Assembly (NCBI RefSeq): GCF_964213995.1 | Contig: NW_027590365.1 | Location: 186,001-250,000 of the forward strand | DNA: 64,000 nt | Direction of reading: 5' to 3' | Source: Mustelus asterias | Taxonomy: Eukaryota | Shown: piece by piece, positions 11,113 to 23,641 of the stretch | Layout of the letters: each line of letters begins with the position of its first letter | Numbering within the stretch: position 1 is the stretch's first letter | The notes under the pieces: model-generated | Told to the model about the DNA's origin: nothing | Seen by the model: only the letters and a program-made list of their open reading frames with translations | Database searches by the model: none | Made by a program: the position numbers and the translations under genes

Positions 11113-11707
11113 ACGTTTGTAGTGCTCTGTCGCTTTAAGAAGCTATAGCTGCGAGAGAGAATGCTGAGGATTCATTTGAAATTTACGAGCTGTGAGAATC
11201 TGTGTGTTTCATTTGTTTTATGTGGATGTTTGTCGATGTGTTTTATCATTGTTTTGGGCTACATTTGTTAAGGTTTATCTTTCTGGAGAATTAACCTTCT
11301 CTTGAGTCTTTAATTAAAGGCATTTCTGGAAGTTCAGAAACAGAACCACAAGAACGCTTAAGGAATTAATTTCAGTTATTGTTGTAAAGCACATGCTAAG
11401 TTTCTCTGTTTGTGTGGATGATATTTGTGGGTTGAATGCTTCAAGTTTTGAGGTTTTCTGTCTGTGATTTAAATCAAACAGATTTAAATAAAGGACGTGT
11501 AATTAATGAAGCTTTTTTTCACAAAAGTTGTGAACCTAGAACCACATTCACTGGCCAGAGACATGATTCCAGGATACTGTGCTAAACTTGTGGGAATTTT
11601 AATCCGGATTCAAACTCACACATGTGAGAATGAGAGAGTTTTAATTGTAATGGTTATTTAAAATTTGGGACATGTGAAATAATTCTGACCATTCCTGTGT
11701 TCATTGA

Positions 11708-12055
11708 ATCATAGAATCCCTCCAGTGCAGAAGGGACCATTCGGCCCATCAAGTCTGCACCGAGTCTCTAACAGAGCACCTTACCCAGGCCCTCTCTCCC
11801 TGTAACTTACACATTTACCATGGCTAACCTATCTAATCTGCACATCTTGGGACACTAAGAGGGAAATTAGCATTGCAAATCCACCTAACCCGCACATCTT
11901 TGGTCTGTTGGAGGAAACCGGAGCACCCGGAGGAAACCCACGCAAACATGGGGAGAACATGGAAAGTCCACATGGACACTCACCCAAGGCTGGAATTAAG
12001 CCCGGGTCCCTGGCACTGTGAGGCAGCTGCGCTGACCACTGTGCCACCATGCCAC
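11708..12055 (-). mobile_element. V-SINE (HE1-like)
   Basis: Reverse complement of the SINE head and core. Confidence 0.8.
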
Positions 12056-14427
12056 CCTATAGTTGAGGCCAAAACATTATCTGATTTCAAGAAGATATGA
12101 AATATAGCTCTTGGGACTAAAGGGATCAAGGGATATGGAAGGAATTGGGGAATGAGGATATTGAATTCGATGATCAGCCATGACCAAGATGAATGGTGGA
12201 GCAGGCTCAAAGGGCCGAATGGCCTACTCCTGCTTCTAGTTTCTATGTTTCTCTCCACTGTGCCAGCATTCCATCCAGTGGCACAGTGGTTCGCACTGCT
12301 GCCTCAAAAAAACAAATACAACAATGGCTTTGGCATCTGCTACAATGTGACTGACAGTTTGACAACGGAGCCAAGGGCATCAGGAGCAACTGATCCACTG
12401 GGAGGTGGAGAAGAATGTGACGGAGATTACGAGCGGGTCCTTGATAGGTTTTCTAAAGAGATTCAGAAAGGAAATAGTGAGTTGGAAAAAGTCCAGAATA
12501 AATTAATTTCCAGTTACATTGGAAACCTGTTGCCTCCCAGCTGAGTACAAAATATAAAGAGTTGAGGGAACTGGTGGATAAGCTGCAGAATGGAGCTGAT
12601 TGCTGGCAGGAGAGCACGTCTGACCTGGACAATCAGTTACATTGGGAACAGGGGGCAGATGATAGGGTGAGTGGAGCTCAGAAAAATCTACTGCTGTTCG
12701 GCCAAACCCTGGAACAAGATATTGATTTACAGTCAGAAAATATCAGATCAAGTGAAGAGTGAGAAAATGCCATGGGGACTTTGAGAAAGTTAACTCAGCC
12801 ACAAAGTGACACCTCCCTGAGACAGAACACTCCCTGTGTTTAGCTAACATCAAACAACCTGAGACACAAATCAGTCACCAGCGAGCAGATGTAGTTGTTT
12901 TCTCCAAAAAAAAGAATCACTGAAAGCACTCCCCCCTCTCCTCTGCCTCTCCTGTGTGATAAGGGAATGCAGGTGTGTGAGGGTAGCCATGACCTTTGCA
13001 CCGTCATGATCCACAACGCTTACTCCAAGTTGGTTTGCCCAGTTGAAGGAATACCGTACATTTGAGTCATAATTGTTGAGGCAGGGCGTTGTTTGAAAGC
13101 ATCATCGATTCGAAGAATTAGTTTGGAAAGGGAATAAAAATTAATTTAATTTGAACAGCCGTGAGTTTCTGTTTGAAATAAATTCAGACTGTGCTAAAAT
13201 GTGAAAGGAATGTATTTGGGTTTGAAATTAACTTGTTCAAGGTTAGAATTGTGAAGGACAATTTGCTCCCAAAACACAAAGATAAGGCTGCAGTTTGGCA
13301 GCAAACCAGTTCCAACTTTCCAAAACATTTGAGTTAAAATTGTTGAGATTCAGTTAACAACACATTTCACAAAGTATTTCTTTCAACTTTGATTAAGTAG
13401 CAAATATTGAAAATTGAAATTGGTGTTCAAAAAAGGAGAGATAAAAGAGATGAAATTTGAACAAAATCGAAGAAAATAACATGAGAGAAGTTTTTTAAAT
13501 TATGTAAATTGACACAATTGCCAAGTTTCCTCTGCCCACTCCCCGCCTCTCTCGGTTCCACAGAGAAGTTAACCCTTTCAGCAGACAGCTGATTTTTATA
13601 AATCTCCACACAGCCTTTGTTTTTTAATGTAACCTGTGATTGGACATATTAACTCACTGGGATCTTGGCCAGAGCCAGATGGATTGTTTATGGGGTTTTT
13701 TTAAACAGGTGATGACGGTTTCACTCACAAACAATCCGAGTGAAGGCAGCAGTTTTGAGAATTAAAGCAGAGAATAAAAGACTTTACTTTTCAGAAAGCC
13801 AACAAGCCTGCTTTTGATATTGGAATTGATAAATATCTGACATGAGTTGCTATTTCAAGCATTTAAAATGGAAATTACCTGGTGTTTAAGGGAAAGAACA
13901 AAGTTGATAATGCCTGGAATCAAACAGAAATGTTTGGTTTCTGTTAAAAGATATTATGAGAATATTTAATGATTTATTTAACTCTAAAGATTCTCGAGAA
14001 CTCCTGAAAGTGCAGTTTAAAGGAATCCATACATTTGGGTGTTTATGAAGATTTGAGTGAAAGGGAAGTCGAGATGAGATGAATGAGGTGACAGTTTTCT
14101 CTTGGAGATACTTGTTTCTTTGTCTATGAATTATTTGAGAGAACTGAATTTGATAATCTGGCCACCATCTGAGACATTATTCCCAGAAATCCTCAATTTT
14201 AAACTAAAATAGACACATGAGTTTCCGGGCAGTCACAGGAATATGGTCAAGATAGTCCAGTCCCACAATGCCTCACATTCAATCTGCAGTTCTTCAATTA
14301 TAACACAATATGTGGCTGTATGTAGCTGCCTTGGCCATGGTCAACCCCAAGGGTGCCTTCTTGAACTGCTGCAATGCCTGAGGTGTACGTACACCCACAG
14401 TGCTGTTAGGGAGGGACTTCCAGTTAC

Positions 14428-15862
14428 TGAGAGAGACAAGAGATGAAATTGCTGGGCCTCTAACAGAAATCTTTGTTTCTTCATTGGACACAGGTGAGGT
14501 CCCAGAGGATTGGAGAATAGCAAATGTGGTCCCGTTATTTAAGAAGGGTAGCAAGGATAACCCGGGTAATCATAGGCCAGTGAGCTTGACGTCCGTGGTA
14601 GGGAAATTGTTGGAGAAGATTCTTAGAGATAGGATCTGTACACATTTAGAACTGAATAATCTCATTAGCAATAGACAACATGGTTTTGTGCGAGGGAGGT
14701 CATGCCTCACAAATTTGGTTGAGTTTTTTGAGGCGGTGACAAAAATGACTGACGAGGGAAGGGCCGTGGATGTCGTCTACATGGATTTTAGTAAAGCATT
14801 TGACAAGGTCCCTCATGGCAGGCTGGTGCAAAAGGTTAAATCTCACGGGATCAAAGGTGAGCTCGCTAGATGGGTACAGAACTGGTTTGGCCATAGAAGA
14901 CAGAGGGTAGCAGCGGAGGGGTCTTTTTCTGATTGGAGGTCTGTGACTAGTGGTGTTCCGCAGGGCTCTGTATTGAGACCTCTGCTGTTTGTGATATATA
15001 TAAATGATTTGGAAGAAGATGTAGCAAGTCTGATTAGTAAGTTTGCGGACGACACAATGATTGCTGGAGTTGTGGATTGTGATGAACATTGTCAGAGAAT
15101 ACAGCAGGACATAGATAGGCTGGAAAATTGGGCGGAGAAATGGCAGATGGAACTTAATCCAGATAAATGCGAAGTGATGCATTTTGGTAGATCTAATGCA
15201 GGGGGGAGCTATACAATAAATGGCAGAACCATCAGGAGTATAGACACGCAGAAGGATCTGGATGTGCAAGTCCACAGAACCTTAAAGGTGGCAACACAGG
15301 TGGAAAGGGTGGTGAAGAAGGCATATGGCATGCTTGCTTTTATTGGACGGGGCATAGAGTATAAAAGTTGGGGTCTGATGGTGCAGATGTATAGAACGTT
15401 GGTTCGGCCGCATTTGGAATACTGCGTCCAGTTCTGGTCGCCACACTACCAGAAGGACGTGGAGGCTTTGGAGAGAGTGCAGAAAAGGTTAACCAGGATG
15501 TTGCCTGGTATGGAGGGTATTAGCTATGAGGAGAGATTGAGTAAACTAGGGTTGTTCTCCCTGGAAAAACAGAGGTGGAGGGGCGGCCTAATAGAAGTTT
15601 ATAAAATTATGAAGGGCATAGATAGGGTGAACAGTTGGAAGCTTTTTCCCAGGTCAGAAACGACAAACAGAAGGGGTCACAAGTTCAAGGTAAGGGGGGG
15701 CAAGGTTCAATACAGATATGCAGGGGACGTATTTTAATGATAACCATATGAACAGACTGGGAATAGAGGGATACAAACGGATGGTCTAGTTAGGAACACA
15801 TGATCGGTGCAGGCTTGGAGGGCCGAAGGGCCTGTTCCTGTGCTGTATTGTTCTTTGTTCTT
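14428..15862 (+). mobile_element. 5'-truncated CR1 LINE (RT domain) flanked by a direct repeat of about 220 bp
   Basis: [21 protein letters not shown] and KFADD motifs; tail ttgttctttgttcttt. Confidence 0.92.
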
Positions 15863-16629
15863 TAAAATAGACACGTGTTTCCGGGCAGTCACAGGAATAT
15901 GGTCAAGATAGTCCAGTCCCACAATGCCTCACATTCAATCTGCAGTCCTTCAATTATAACAGAATATGTGGCTGTATGTAGCTGCCTTGGCCATGGTCAA
16001 CCCCAACCCCAAGGGTGCCTTCTTGAATTGCTGCAATGCCTGAGGTGTACGTACACCCACAGTGCTGTTAGGAAGGGAGTTCCAGCTACATATTCCAGAC
16101 TTTCACTAGACTGTAGGTGGATATCAGATTGACATATTCCATTCAACCACACCCAAGGTGAGTTATTCCAATTCCTTTATTGTCCAGGACAATATATTCA
16201 CAATATCTTTAAAACAGAAATTAAACATTCCCATTTGATTTCAGACAGTAACATATTCTGTTAGTTTGTTCTTTATTGTCAATGTCAGGCTGGTGTTGTT
16301 TTCCTTGGAGCAAAGGAGGTTGAGGGGAGATTTGATAGAGGTGGACAAGGTTCTGACAGGTTTAGATAAGGTGGACAAAGAAAAGCTGTGCCCATTAGCT
16401 GATGGGACAAGGACGAGGGGGGACACAGATTTCTTGTTTTGGGTCAGAGATGCAAGGGAGGGGGAGTGGGGGGCGGGGGGGGGGGGGGGGCGGTGGAGAT
16501 GTGAGGAAGAATATTCTGATGCAGTGAATGGTGATGACCTGGAACTCGCTGCCTACGAGGGTGGAGGAAGTAGCGACAATAAACAATTAAAAAGGAAATT
16601 GGATGGGCATTTGGGATGTTCCAAACAGA

Positions 16630-17695
16630 ATGAAGAACAAAGAAAATTACAGCACAGGAACAAGCCCTTTGGCCCTCCAAGCCTGGAGCAACCATGCTGC
16701 CCGTCTGAACTAAAACCCCCTACCTTTCCGGGGACCATATCCCTCTGTTCCTATGCTATTCATATATTTGTCAAGACACATCTTAAAAGTCACTGCCGTA
16801 TCTGCTTCCACTACCTTCCCCGGCAACGGGTTCCAGGCACCCACCACGCTCTGTGTAAAAAACCTGCCGTGTACATCTCCTTTAAACCTTGCCCCTCGCA
16901 CCTTAAACCTATGCCTCTAGTAATTGACTCTTCCACCCTGGGAAAAAGCGTCTGATTATCCACTCTGTCCATGACCCTCATAATCTTGTAGACTTCTATC
17001 AGGTCGCCCCCCTCAACCTCCGTTGTTCCAGTGAGAACAAACCAAGTTTCTCCAACCTCTCCTCATAGCTAATGCTACCAGGCAACATCCTGGTAAATAT
17101 TTTCCATACCCTCTCCAAAGCCCCCACTTCCTTCTGGTAGTGTGGTGACCAGAAATGAACACTAGATTCCAAGTGCGGTCTAACTAAGGTTCTATAAAGC
17201 TGCAACATGACTTACCAATTTTTAAACTCAATGCCCCGACCGAAGAAGGCAAGCATGCCGTATGCCTTCTTGATTATCTTCTCCACCTCATTGCCACTTT
17301 CAATAACCTGTGCACCTGTACACCCAGATCCCTCTGCCTATGAATACTCTGAAGGGTTCTCCATTGACTGTATATTTCCCATCTGTATTAGACCTTCCAA
17401 AATGCATTACCTCACATTTGTCCGGATTAAACTTCATCTGCCATCTCTCTGCCCAAGTCTCCAACTGATCTATATCCTGCTGTATCCTCTGCCAGTCCCC
17501 ATCGCTATCCGCAATTCCACCAACCTTTGTGTCGTCCACAAACTTACCAATCAAACCAGTTACATTTTCCTCCAAATCATTTATATATATTACAAACAGC
17601 AAAAGTCCCAGCACTGATCGCTGAGGAACGTCACTTGTCACAGCCCTCCATTCAGAAATGTACCTTTGCACTGCCAACCTCTGTTTTCTTCTGAC
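16630..17695 (-). mobile_element. 5'-truncated CR1 LINE
   Basis: KFVDDTKVGG...FFTQSVVGAWN, several frameshifts. Confidence 0.85.
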
Positions 17696-17928
17696 TAAAT
17701 ATCTCTAAACTTCCTAACACCCTGTCACTCTGTGATCCTTGTGACATTTGAAACCAGGTATTCACAAAAAGGTTCAAAGAGCATCAGCCCACTGGAGGCT
17801 GAGACCGGCCAGTCCAGCACAAAGAAACCCTCTGACCCTTCCCATTGACCAACTGTGAGAATGAACAAAATGCAATCCTGGATGCAACTGAGAGCAGAAA
17901 CAATAACAGCAGAATCCAACCCCTGTCA

Positions 17929-18519
17929 TCACTCGTGAACTCGCTGGTGTCTCAGCAGCCGGGATGAAACGCTGAAACCCTTCCCACACTGAGAGCAGGT
18001 GAATGGCCTCTCCCCAGTGTGAACTGGCTGATGTGTCTGCAGGGTGGATGACCGAGTGAAGCCCTTCCCACACTGAGAGCAGGTGAATGGTTTCTCCCCT
18101 GTGTGAACTCGCTGGTGTGTCCGCAGGTCGGGTAACCGAGTGAATCCCTTCCCACACTGAGAGCAGGTGAACGGCCTCTCCCCAGTGTGAACTCGCTGGT
18201 GTGTCTGCAGGCTGGATAACTGAGTGAATCCCTTCCCACACTGAGAGCAGGTGAATGGCCTCTCCCCAGTGTGAACTCGCTGGTGTGTCCGCAGGTGGGA
18301 TGACTGAATGAATCCCTTCCCACATTGAGAGCAGGTGAATGGTCTCTCCCCAGTGTGAACTCGTTGGTGTGTCCGTAAGCTGGAGAACTGATTAAATCCC
18401 TTCTCACACTGAGAGCAGATGAACAGCCTCTCCCCAGTGTGGCTGCGCCGATGAGCTTCCAGCAGACATGGGGCTCTGTATCCCTTCCCACAGTCCACAC
18501 ATTTCCATGGTTTCTCCAT
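17929..18519 (-). CDS. ZNF-B: C2H2 zinc-finger-only protein, 7 fingers
   Basis: MEKPWKC start, 196 aa open; acceptor at 18871-18873; exon-1 donor at 20537-20542. Confidence 0.85.
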   Translation of the reverse strand: MEKPWKCVDCGKGYRAPCLLEAHRRSHTGERLFICSQCEKGFNQFSSLRTHQRVHTGERPFTCSQCGKGFIQSSHLRTHQRVHTGERPFTCSQCGKGFTQLSSLQTHQRVHTGERPFTCSQCGKGFTRLPDLRTHQRVHTGEKPFTCSQCGKGFTRSSTLQTHQPVHTGERPFTCSQCGKGFSVSSRLLRHQRVHE

Positions 18520-19189
18520 GGTGCAGGTTTCCTTGCCTCACTCTTGGGTGGACAATCAGTTGAAACTTCGTCCACACACAGGACAAGATTACAGTCTCTA
18601 CCCGCTGTGAATGGTGTGATATTTATTCAGACTGTGTAACTGGTTAAAGCTCTTTAGTCAGTGCATTGGAACACTCTCACTCAAGTGTGGCAGTGTGTTG
18701 ATGCTTTTTCACTCACACTGACATTTCAAATCTTTTCAAATCGACAGACTGGACAATCATTTCTCCTTCTGGATTCAAAGTCCGATGATATTGAGGTCCC
18801 AAGGAACACGATTCTGTCACGCCTAGACGTGACGTTTGAGATTTCGGCCTGTGATTCCTCTTTCAATATCCTGAAAATGAGTTTCCAAAAGTCATCAGTG
18901 TCAGTACAGGATAGAAATTCAGAACAATTTCTATGGAACATTCTTTCCTCTCTCATTCCCCAAAAGCTGTAAATCTCCATCCCACACACTCTCTCCCCAT
19001 TCTCAGCAGGTCTGGCAGCACCTGGATGGAGAGAAAAGAACTGATGTTTCAGAGCTTTGACAAAGGGTCATTTCGACAAGAAACATCAGCTCTTTTCTCT
19101 CCTTACAGATGCTGCCAGACCTGCTGAGATTTTCCAGCATTTTCTCCCTTGGCTTCAGACGCCAGCATCCGCAGTAATTTGCTTTTATA

Positions 19190-20390
19190 AGGCTGCAGAT
19201 ACCTCCTCCCAAGTAACGAGCGTGTGCCCAAGACATCACCACTTGTTTCCCTTATTTCTTTAGCCCCCATGGTGCTCTCTGCAGTAAACACAGAGGAGAA
19301 GTATTCATTAAAAATCTCACCCATCTCCTGTAGCTCCACACACAGATGGCCATACTGATTTTTAAGGGGATCTATTCTCTCTCTAGCCACCGTCTTACTC
19401 TTAATATAGCTATAGAACCTCTTGGAATTTTCTTTAATCTTACCTGCCAGATCCATATCAGACCCTCTTTTTGTCCTCCTGATTTCCCTCTTCAGTATTT
19501 TCTTACACTTTTTATAGTCAGAGTGATTCACTTGTCCCCGATTGCCTAAACCCAATGTATGCTTCCTTCTTTTACCTGACCAGAGCCTCAATGTCCCTTG
19601 TCTGCCAGAGATCCTTAAATTTACCATTCTTTCCCTGCATCTTAACAGGAATATACTGCCCCTGGACTCTTGATATCACACTTTTAAAACCTCCCATTTG
19701 CCAGTCATTCCTTTCCCTTCAAACAAACTCACCTAATCGATATCTGCTCGATCCTGCCTAATGCCCACAAAAGTGGCCCTGCTCCAGTTTAGGGCCTTGA
19801 CCTGTGGACCTGTCCTATCTTTTTCCTGAACTATTTTGAAACTATTGGTGCTCCCAATAGTGCTCCCTGACTGACACTTCAGTCACTTGCTCCACCTCAT
19901 TTCTTAACTGTCTAATAGAAAGTGAGTCCAGGAATTGATAATGAAAAATAAGGAGCTGGGAGATGAATTGAACAAGTATTTTGCCTCGGTGTTTACAATA
20001 GAGGATACAGTTAAAACTCAGAGACAGCTGGAAATCAGAAAACAGAAGTGTGGGATGAACTCTGAAAAAGCACAATTCCCAGGGAAGTGGTGCTCAGCAA
20101 ACTGTTGGAGCTGTGGGCTGATGAGTCCTCGGGTCCTGCTGGGCTTCATTCTCGGGTCTTAACAGAGTGAGATAGTTGATGTCTTGTTCAATTTTCTAAA
20201 ATTCCCCATCGGGAATTGGATAAAGGGAAACCGGTGGATGTGCTGTACTCAGATTTCCAGAAGACATTTGATGAGGTGCCACATGAAAGGTTATTGCAGC
20301 AAATAAAAGTTCATGCTGTGGGGATAACATATTGGCGTGGATAGAAGATTGGCTAACAGCAAACAGTGGGCAGAAATGGATCATTTTCTG
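19190..20390. mobile_element. Degraded CR1 fragments (minus 19190-19850, plus 19920-20390)
   Basis: KIKENSKRFYSYIK, ELNKYFASVFT, AWIEDWL. Confidence 0.7.
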
Positions 20391-20444
20391 GTTTGAGAGA
20401 GAGAGAGACCTGGGCCAACCTTTCCAGAGTCTGCACCCTCCCTG

Positions 20445-21122
20445 GATTCACTTCCTTTCTCTTCAGTTGCTGCAAGTCCCCAATTTCCCCCAGAATGAGA
20501 AAAGAAATGGAAAGGGGGTTGAAGAGAAAATGTTTTACTCACAGATGTTTGAGACAGGAGGAAGTTTGAGTCTGTCTGAAGATCAATCTTCATTCACACA
20601 AAGCCCACGCTCTGATTGGCTGGAAGACCAGAGTCCTTCCGGTCCTCCAACTCTTCCCATTGGTCAACACCTCAGCATGAAGATCAGAGGGTGGGTTCTC
20701 CCCCGCACATGCGCAGCTTCCCCTCTCCCTCGCACATGTGTCGTCCTGGGCGGGGGGCGGGAGAGCTCACTGAGCGGCTTCTCGCTCTTGCCGGAGCCGT
20801 CAGCCGGTTGCCTGGAAACCTTGGTTCAAGGAGGTGTAGGGGGAGGGGAACAATGGGTGGGGGCGGGGCTCCTGGGTCCGCGCGCCCGGGCCTGCGCACT
20901 GGAACCCAGAGACGTCACCGCGGAGCAGAGTGATTCCTATTGGCTGATTCAGGCAGGGCTCTATTGTGACGTCACAATGCGGAAGTTGTCCAATGAGCTT
21001 CCGAGTGAAACTCCCTCCTCTGTTCAACATCTGGGAGGAAATCAATGTTTCCCCCTTTCCATTTCTTTCCTCATTCTGGGGGAAGTTGGGGACTTGCAGC
21101 AACTGAAGGAAATGAAGTGAAT
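20445..21122. promoter_or_regulatory. CpG-island promoter flanked by inverted exon-1/intron arms
   Basis: attgg/ccaat boxes, GC boxes, tgtgacgtcaca CRE; 20445-20590 is the approximate reverse complement of 20990-21122. Confidence 0.7.
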
Positions 21123-21246
21123 TCGGTCTGTATATTCCACACATTTTTACTCCAGTAATGTAGACATTTATCTGTCTGGCAGCCTGCATGGAAATTTTCA
21201 GCTCTCTGCATCCAGGGCAAGAAGCAGTGAGCATGGATCTGTCAAT

Positions 21247-21627
21247 CACACATGAGGATGGCCTCAACCGGGATCTTGGGTTCATGTCACACTATCTGTA
21301 ACCCCCACGACTTGCCTGGGCTTGCAAAATCTCACTAACTGTCCTGGCTGGACACAATACACATCTCTTTAACCTGTGCTGAACCCTCTCTCCACTCTCA
21401 TTGTCTGTGCCTTTAAGACTTGATTACGTTTAAAGACTCGTATTCCAACCATTATCTTGTAAATTGAGTTTGTGTCTTTATATGCCCTGTTTGTGAACAG
21501 AACTCCGACTCACCTGATGAAGGGGCAGCGCTCTGAAAGCTTGTGGCTTGTGCTACCAAATAAACCTGTTGGATTTTAACCTGGTGTTGTGAGATTACTT
21601 ACTGTGCTTACCCCAGTCCAACGCCGG
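21247..21627 (+). mobile_element. Penelope/Neptune 3' end and pLTR; inverted paralog at 53335-53687
   Basis: THEDGLNRDLGFMSHYL* followed by a hammerhead-like motif at 21511-21546. Confidence 0.8.
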
Positions 21628-21790
21628 CACATCTTTGGACTGTGGAAGGAAAACCGGAACATCCGGAAGAAACCCACACAGACACGGGGAGAATGTAGAA
21701 ACTCTGCACAGACAGTGACCCGAGGCTGGAATTGAACCCGGGTCCCTGGCGCTGTTAGGCAGCTGCACTAACCACTGTGCCACCGGGCCA
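21625..21790 (-). mobile_element. V-SINE, 3'-truncated; fuller paralog at about 52905-53200 (+)
   Basis: SINE head and core. Confidence 0.8.
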
Positions 21791-21840
21791 CATGTCAGTG
21801 CCATCGCCCGACTCCAGCCCGGTCTCAGCTCATCTGGAAC

Positions 21841-21921
21841 CCTCACCCATTCCATTGTGACCTCACACCCTCACCCATTCCATTGTGACGTCACACCCTC
21901 ACCCATTCCATTGTGACGTCA
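21841..21921. repeat. 28-bp tandem repeat x3 containing CRE-like tgacgtca
   Basis: cctcacccattccattgtgacgtcacac unit. Confidence 0.9.
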
Positions 21922-22190
21922 GGGCTTCACTCTCCGATCACAATCCCTGCCGGCCTCCCACATGCAGCCTCAATGGCGGCAGTCAGCCCGGGTCTAACAC
22001 TACAAGCTGCCGCTCCATTTGGTACAAAGGGGGGGACCGGGAAGTTCATTTCCGGGGTTTGGGTTTGAACAACATGTTTACAAAGCCTCTCCACCCACCC
22101 GCCACATTTATCATTCCCCGCACGCCGCCCTCTACCTCGTATTGCTCTCGCTTCCAAACTAAAACCGGCCGTCTGCCATTACCCGCACTG

Positions 22191-22276
22191 ATGTGGAGAT
22201 GCCGGCTTTGGACTGGGGTAAACACAGCAACAAGTCAAACAACACCAGGTTAAAGTCCAACAGGTTTATCTGGTTC
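22191..22276 (-). mobile_element. Short Penelope terminal insertion
   Basis: TSD acccgcactg at 22181-22190 and 22277-22286; site empty in the paralog at about 51230. Confidence 0.8.
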
Positions 22277-22284
22277 ACCCGCAC

Positions 22285-22560
22285 TGCGCATGCTTCAGGT
22301 CCCGCCTCTCATTCACTCTGATTGGTTGGAGGACCAGCCGCTCCGGCTCAGTCCTCCAGCCCCGCCCCTCATTCACACCGATTGGTTGGAGGACCAGCCG
22401 CTCCCGCTCGGTCCACCAGCCCCGCCCCCTCTTACTATTGGTTCGGAGCTGCCGTCAATCAGTCCCCGGGCATTGTGATGTGGAGCATGCGCAGTGTCAT
22501 TGCTGTCCTTGGCGCTTGTTTGTCCCGGAGAAGCGGAGTCAGCGTTAGGCGGTGGCTGGG
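22285..22560 (+). promoter_or_regulatory. CpG promoter upstream of ZNF-C (repeated attgg boxes, GC boxes, NRF1-like gcatgcgca); inverted paralog at 50340-50428 and 51090-51255
   Basis: Tandem (cccgcc..attggttggaggacc) modules. Confidence 0.6.
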
Positions 22561-22915
22561 AGGATTTGGAAACACTTTGTGGATCCGCAAACCCTTCAGA
22601 ATCATTGTCAGCTCCCTGGTTTGCAGCTGCGGGGCTTCTCCCTCCCTCCCTCCCGGGAACAGACCCAGGTTAACGGCCCCATCCTGGCTCAGCCACTGGA
22701 GGATGGTTCACATCAGAGGATGGGGGAGGGGGACAATAAATAAGAGGTTACACTTTGGCCTCAAATCAATGAGGACTCTGATCTCTGGGAAGGAAGGAAA
22801 CCCTGGGAGGTGGGCGGGGAGGATTCACAAACACCCGCTGGAGGCCCCAGCACCCCCAATAAGACCCATTGGTTTTATTGTCAGGCTGCAGACAGCAGCT
22901 GGAGAACTGAACCCA

Positions 22916-23082
22916 ATAAGAGTTTTAACAATACCAGGTTAAAGTCCAACAGGTTTATTTGGTAGCAAATGCCATTAGCTACCATTAGGTGTTTGCTACC
23001 AAATAAACCTGTTGGACTTTAACCTGGTGTTGTTAAAACTCTTACTGTGTTCACCCCAGTCCAACGCCAGCATCTCCACATC
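22916..23082. mobile_element. Penelope terminal fold-back insertion
   Basis: Inverted arms of about 52 bp; TSD agaactgaaccca at 22903-22915 and 23083-23095. Confidence 0.82.
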
Positions 23083-23641
23083 AGAACTGAACCCAGACAG
23101 AGGAGAGGGAGGGAGAAAACTGGGAGTGGAGAAAAGAAATGGTGAGATGGGTTTGGATTTCAGCCCAGGGAGGAGGGAGAGTTTGTGGGACAGGAATTTA
23201 TTGATTTGGGGCAACAAGAGAGGAAGAAATGTTCCAGAGAATTAGAATTGCCTGTTCAAAATTTCTATCCTGGACTGACAGTGATTAATTTTGTAAACTC
23301 CTTTTACAGGTGAGGTGAAGAAACATCACATCAAAATCAGACAGAGTCTCGATTCACTCGGGCTTAAATATCCTCAGACTTTGAATGTGGAAGGAGAAAT
23401 GTTTGTCTTCTGTCTGGAGGAGAAGATTTCAAACATCAGTGCGACTGAAAAAGCACCAAGATACACGCACACCCGAGTGAGAGTGTTTCAGTGAATTGAC
23501 TGTGGAAAGAGCTTTATCCAGTTACGCAGCCTTAAAAAACATCACACCATTCACAGCGAGGAGAAACTGTACACGTGTTCTGTGTGTGGATGAGGCTTCA
23601 ACTGATCGTTTAACCTGGAGAAACAGAAGGACACCAGCACC

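Noticed and set aside
14400-15737. 445-aa ORF as a domesticated RT gene
   Set aside because: No ATG at its start; begins in flanking duplicated DNA; ordinary truncated CR1 with a 3' deletion
16456-16495. Poly-G tract as a functional G-quadruplex
   Set aside because: Expansion of a short G run in a CR1-derived flank, length varies among paralogs, homopolymer lengths unreliable
20332-21120. 262-aa ORF across the promoter
   Set aside because: GC-rich shadow ORF starting in a CR1 relic; not conserved in the 35 kb cassette
23480-23610. In-frame TGAs in leader fingers as selenocysteine or readthrough
   Set aside because: The same site is TAA in two paralogs, other paralogs have frameshifts, most TGAs fit CGA decay, and no SECIS was recognised
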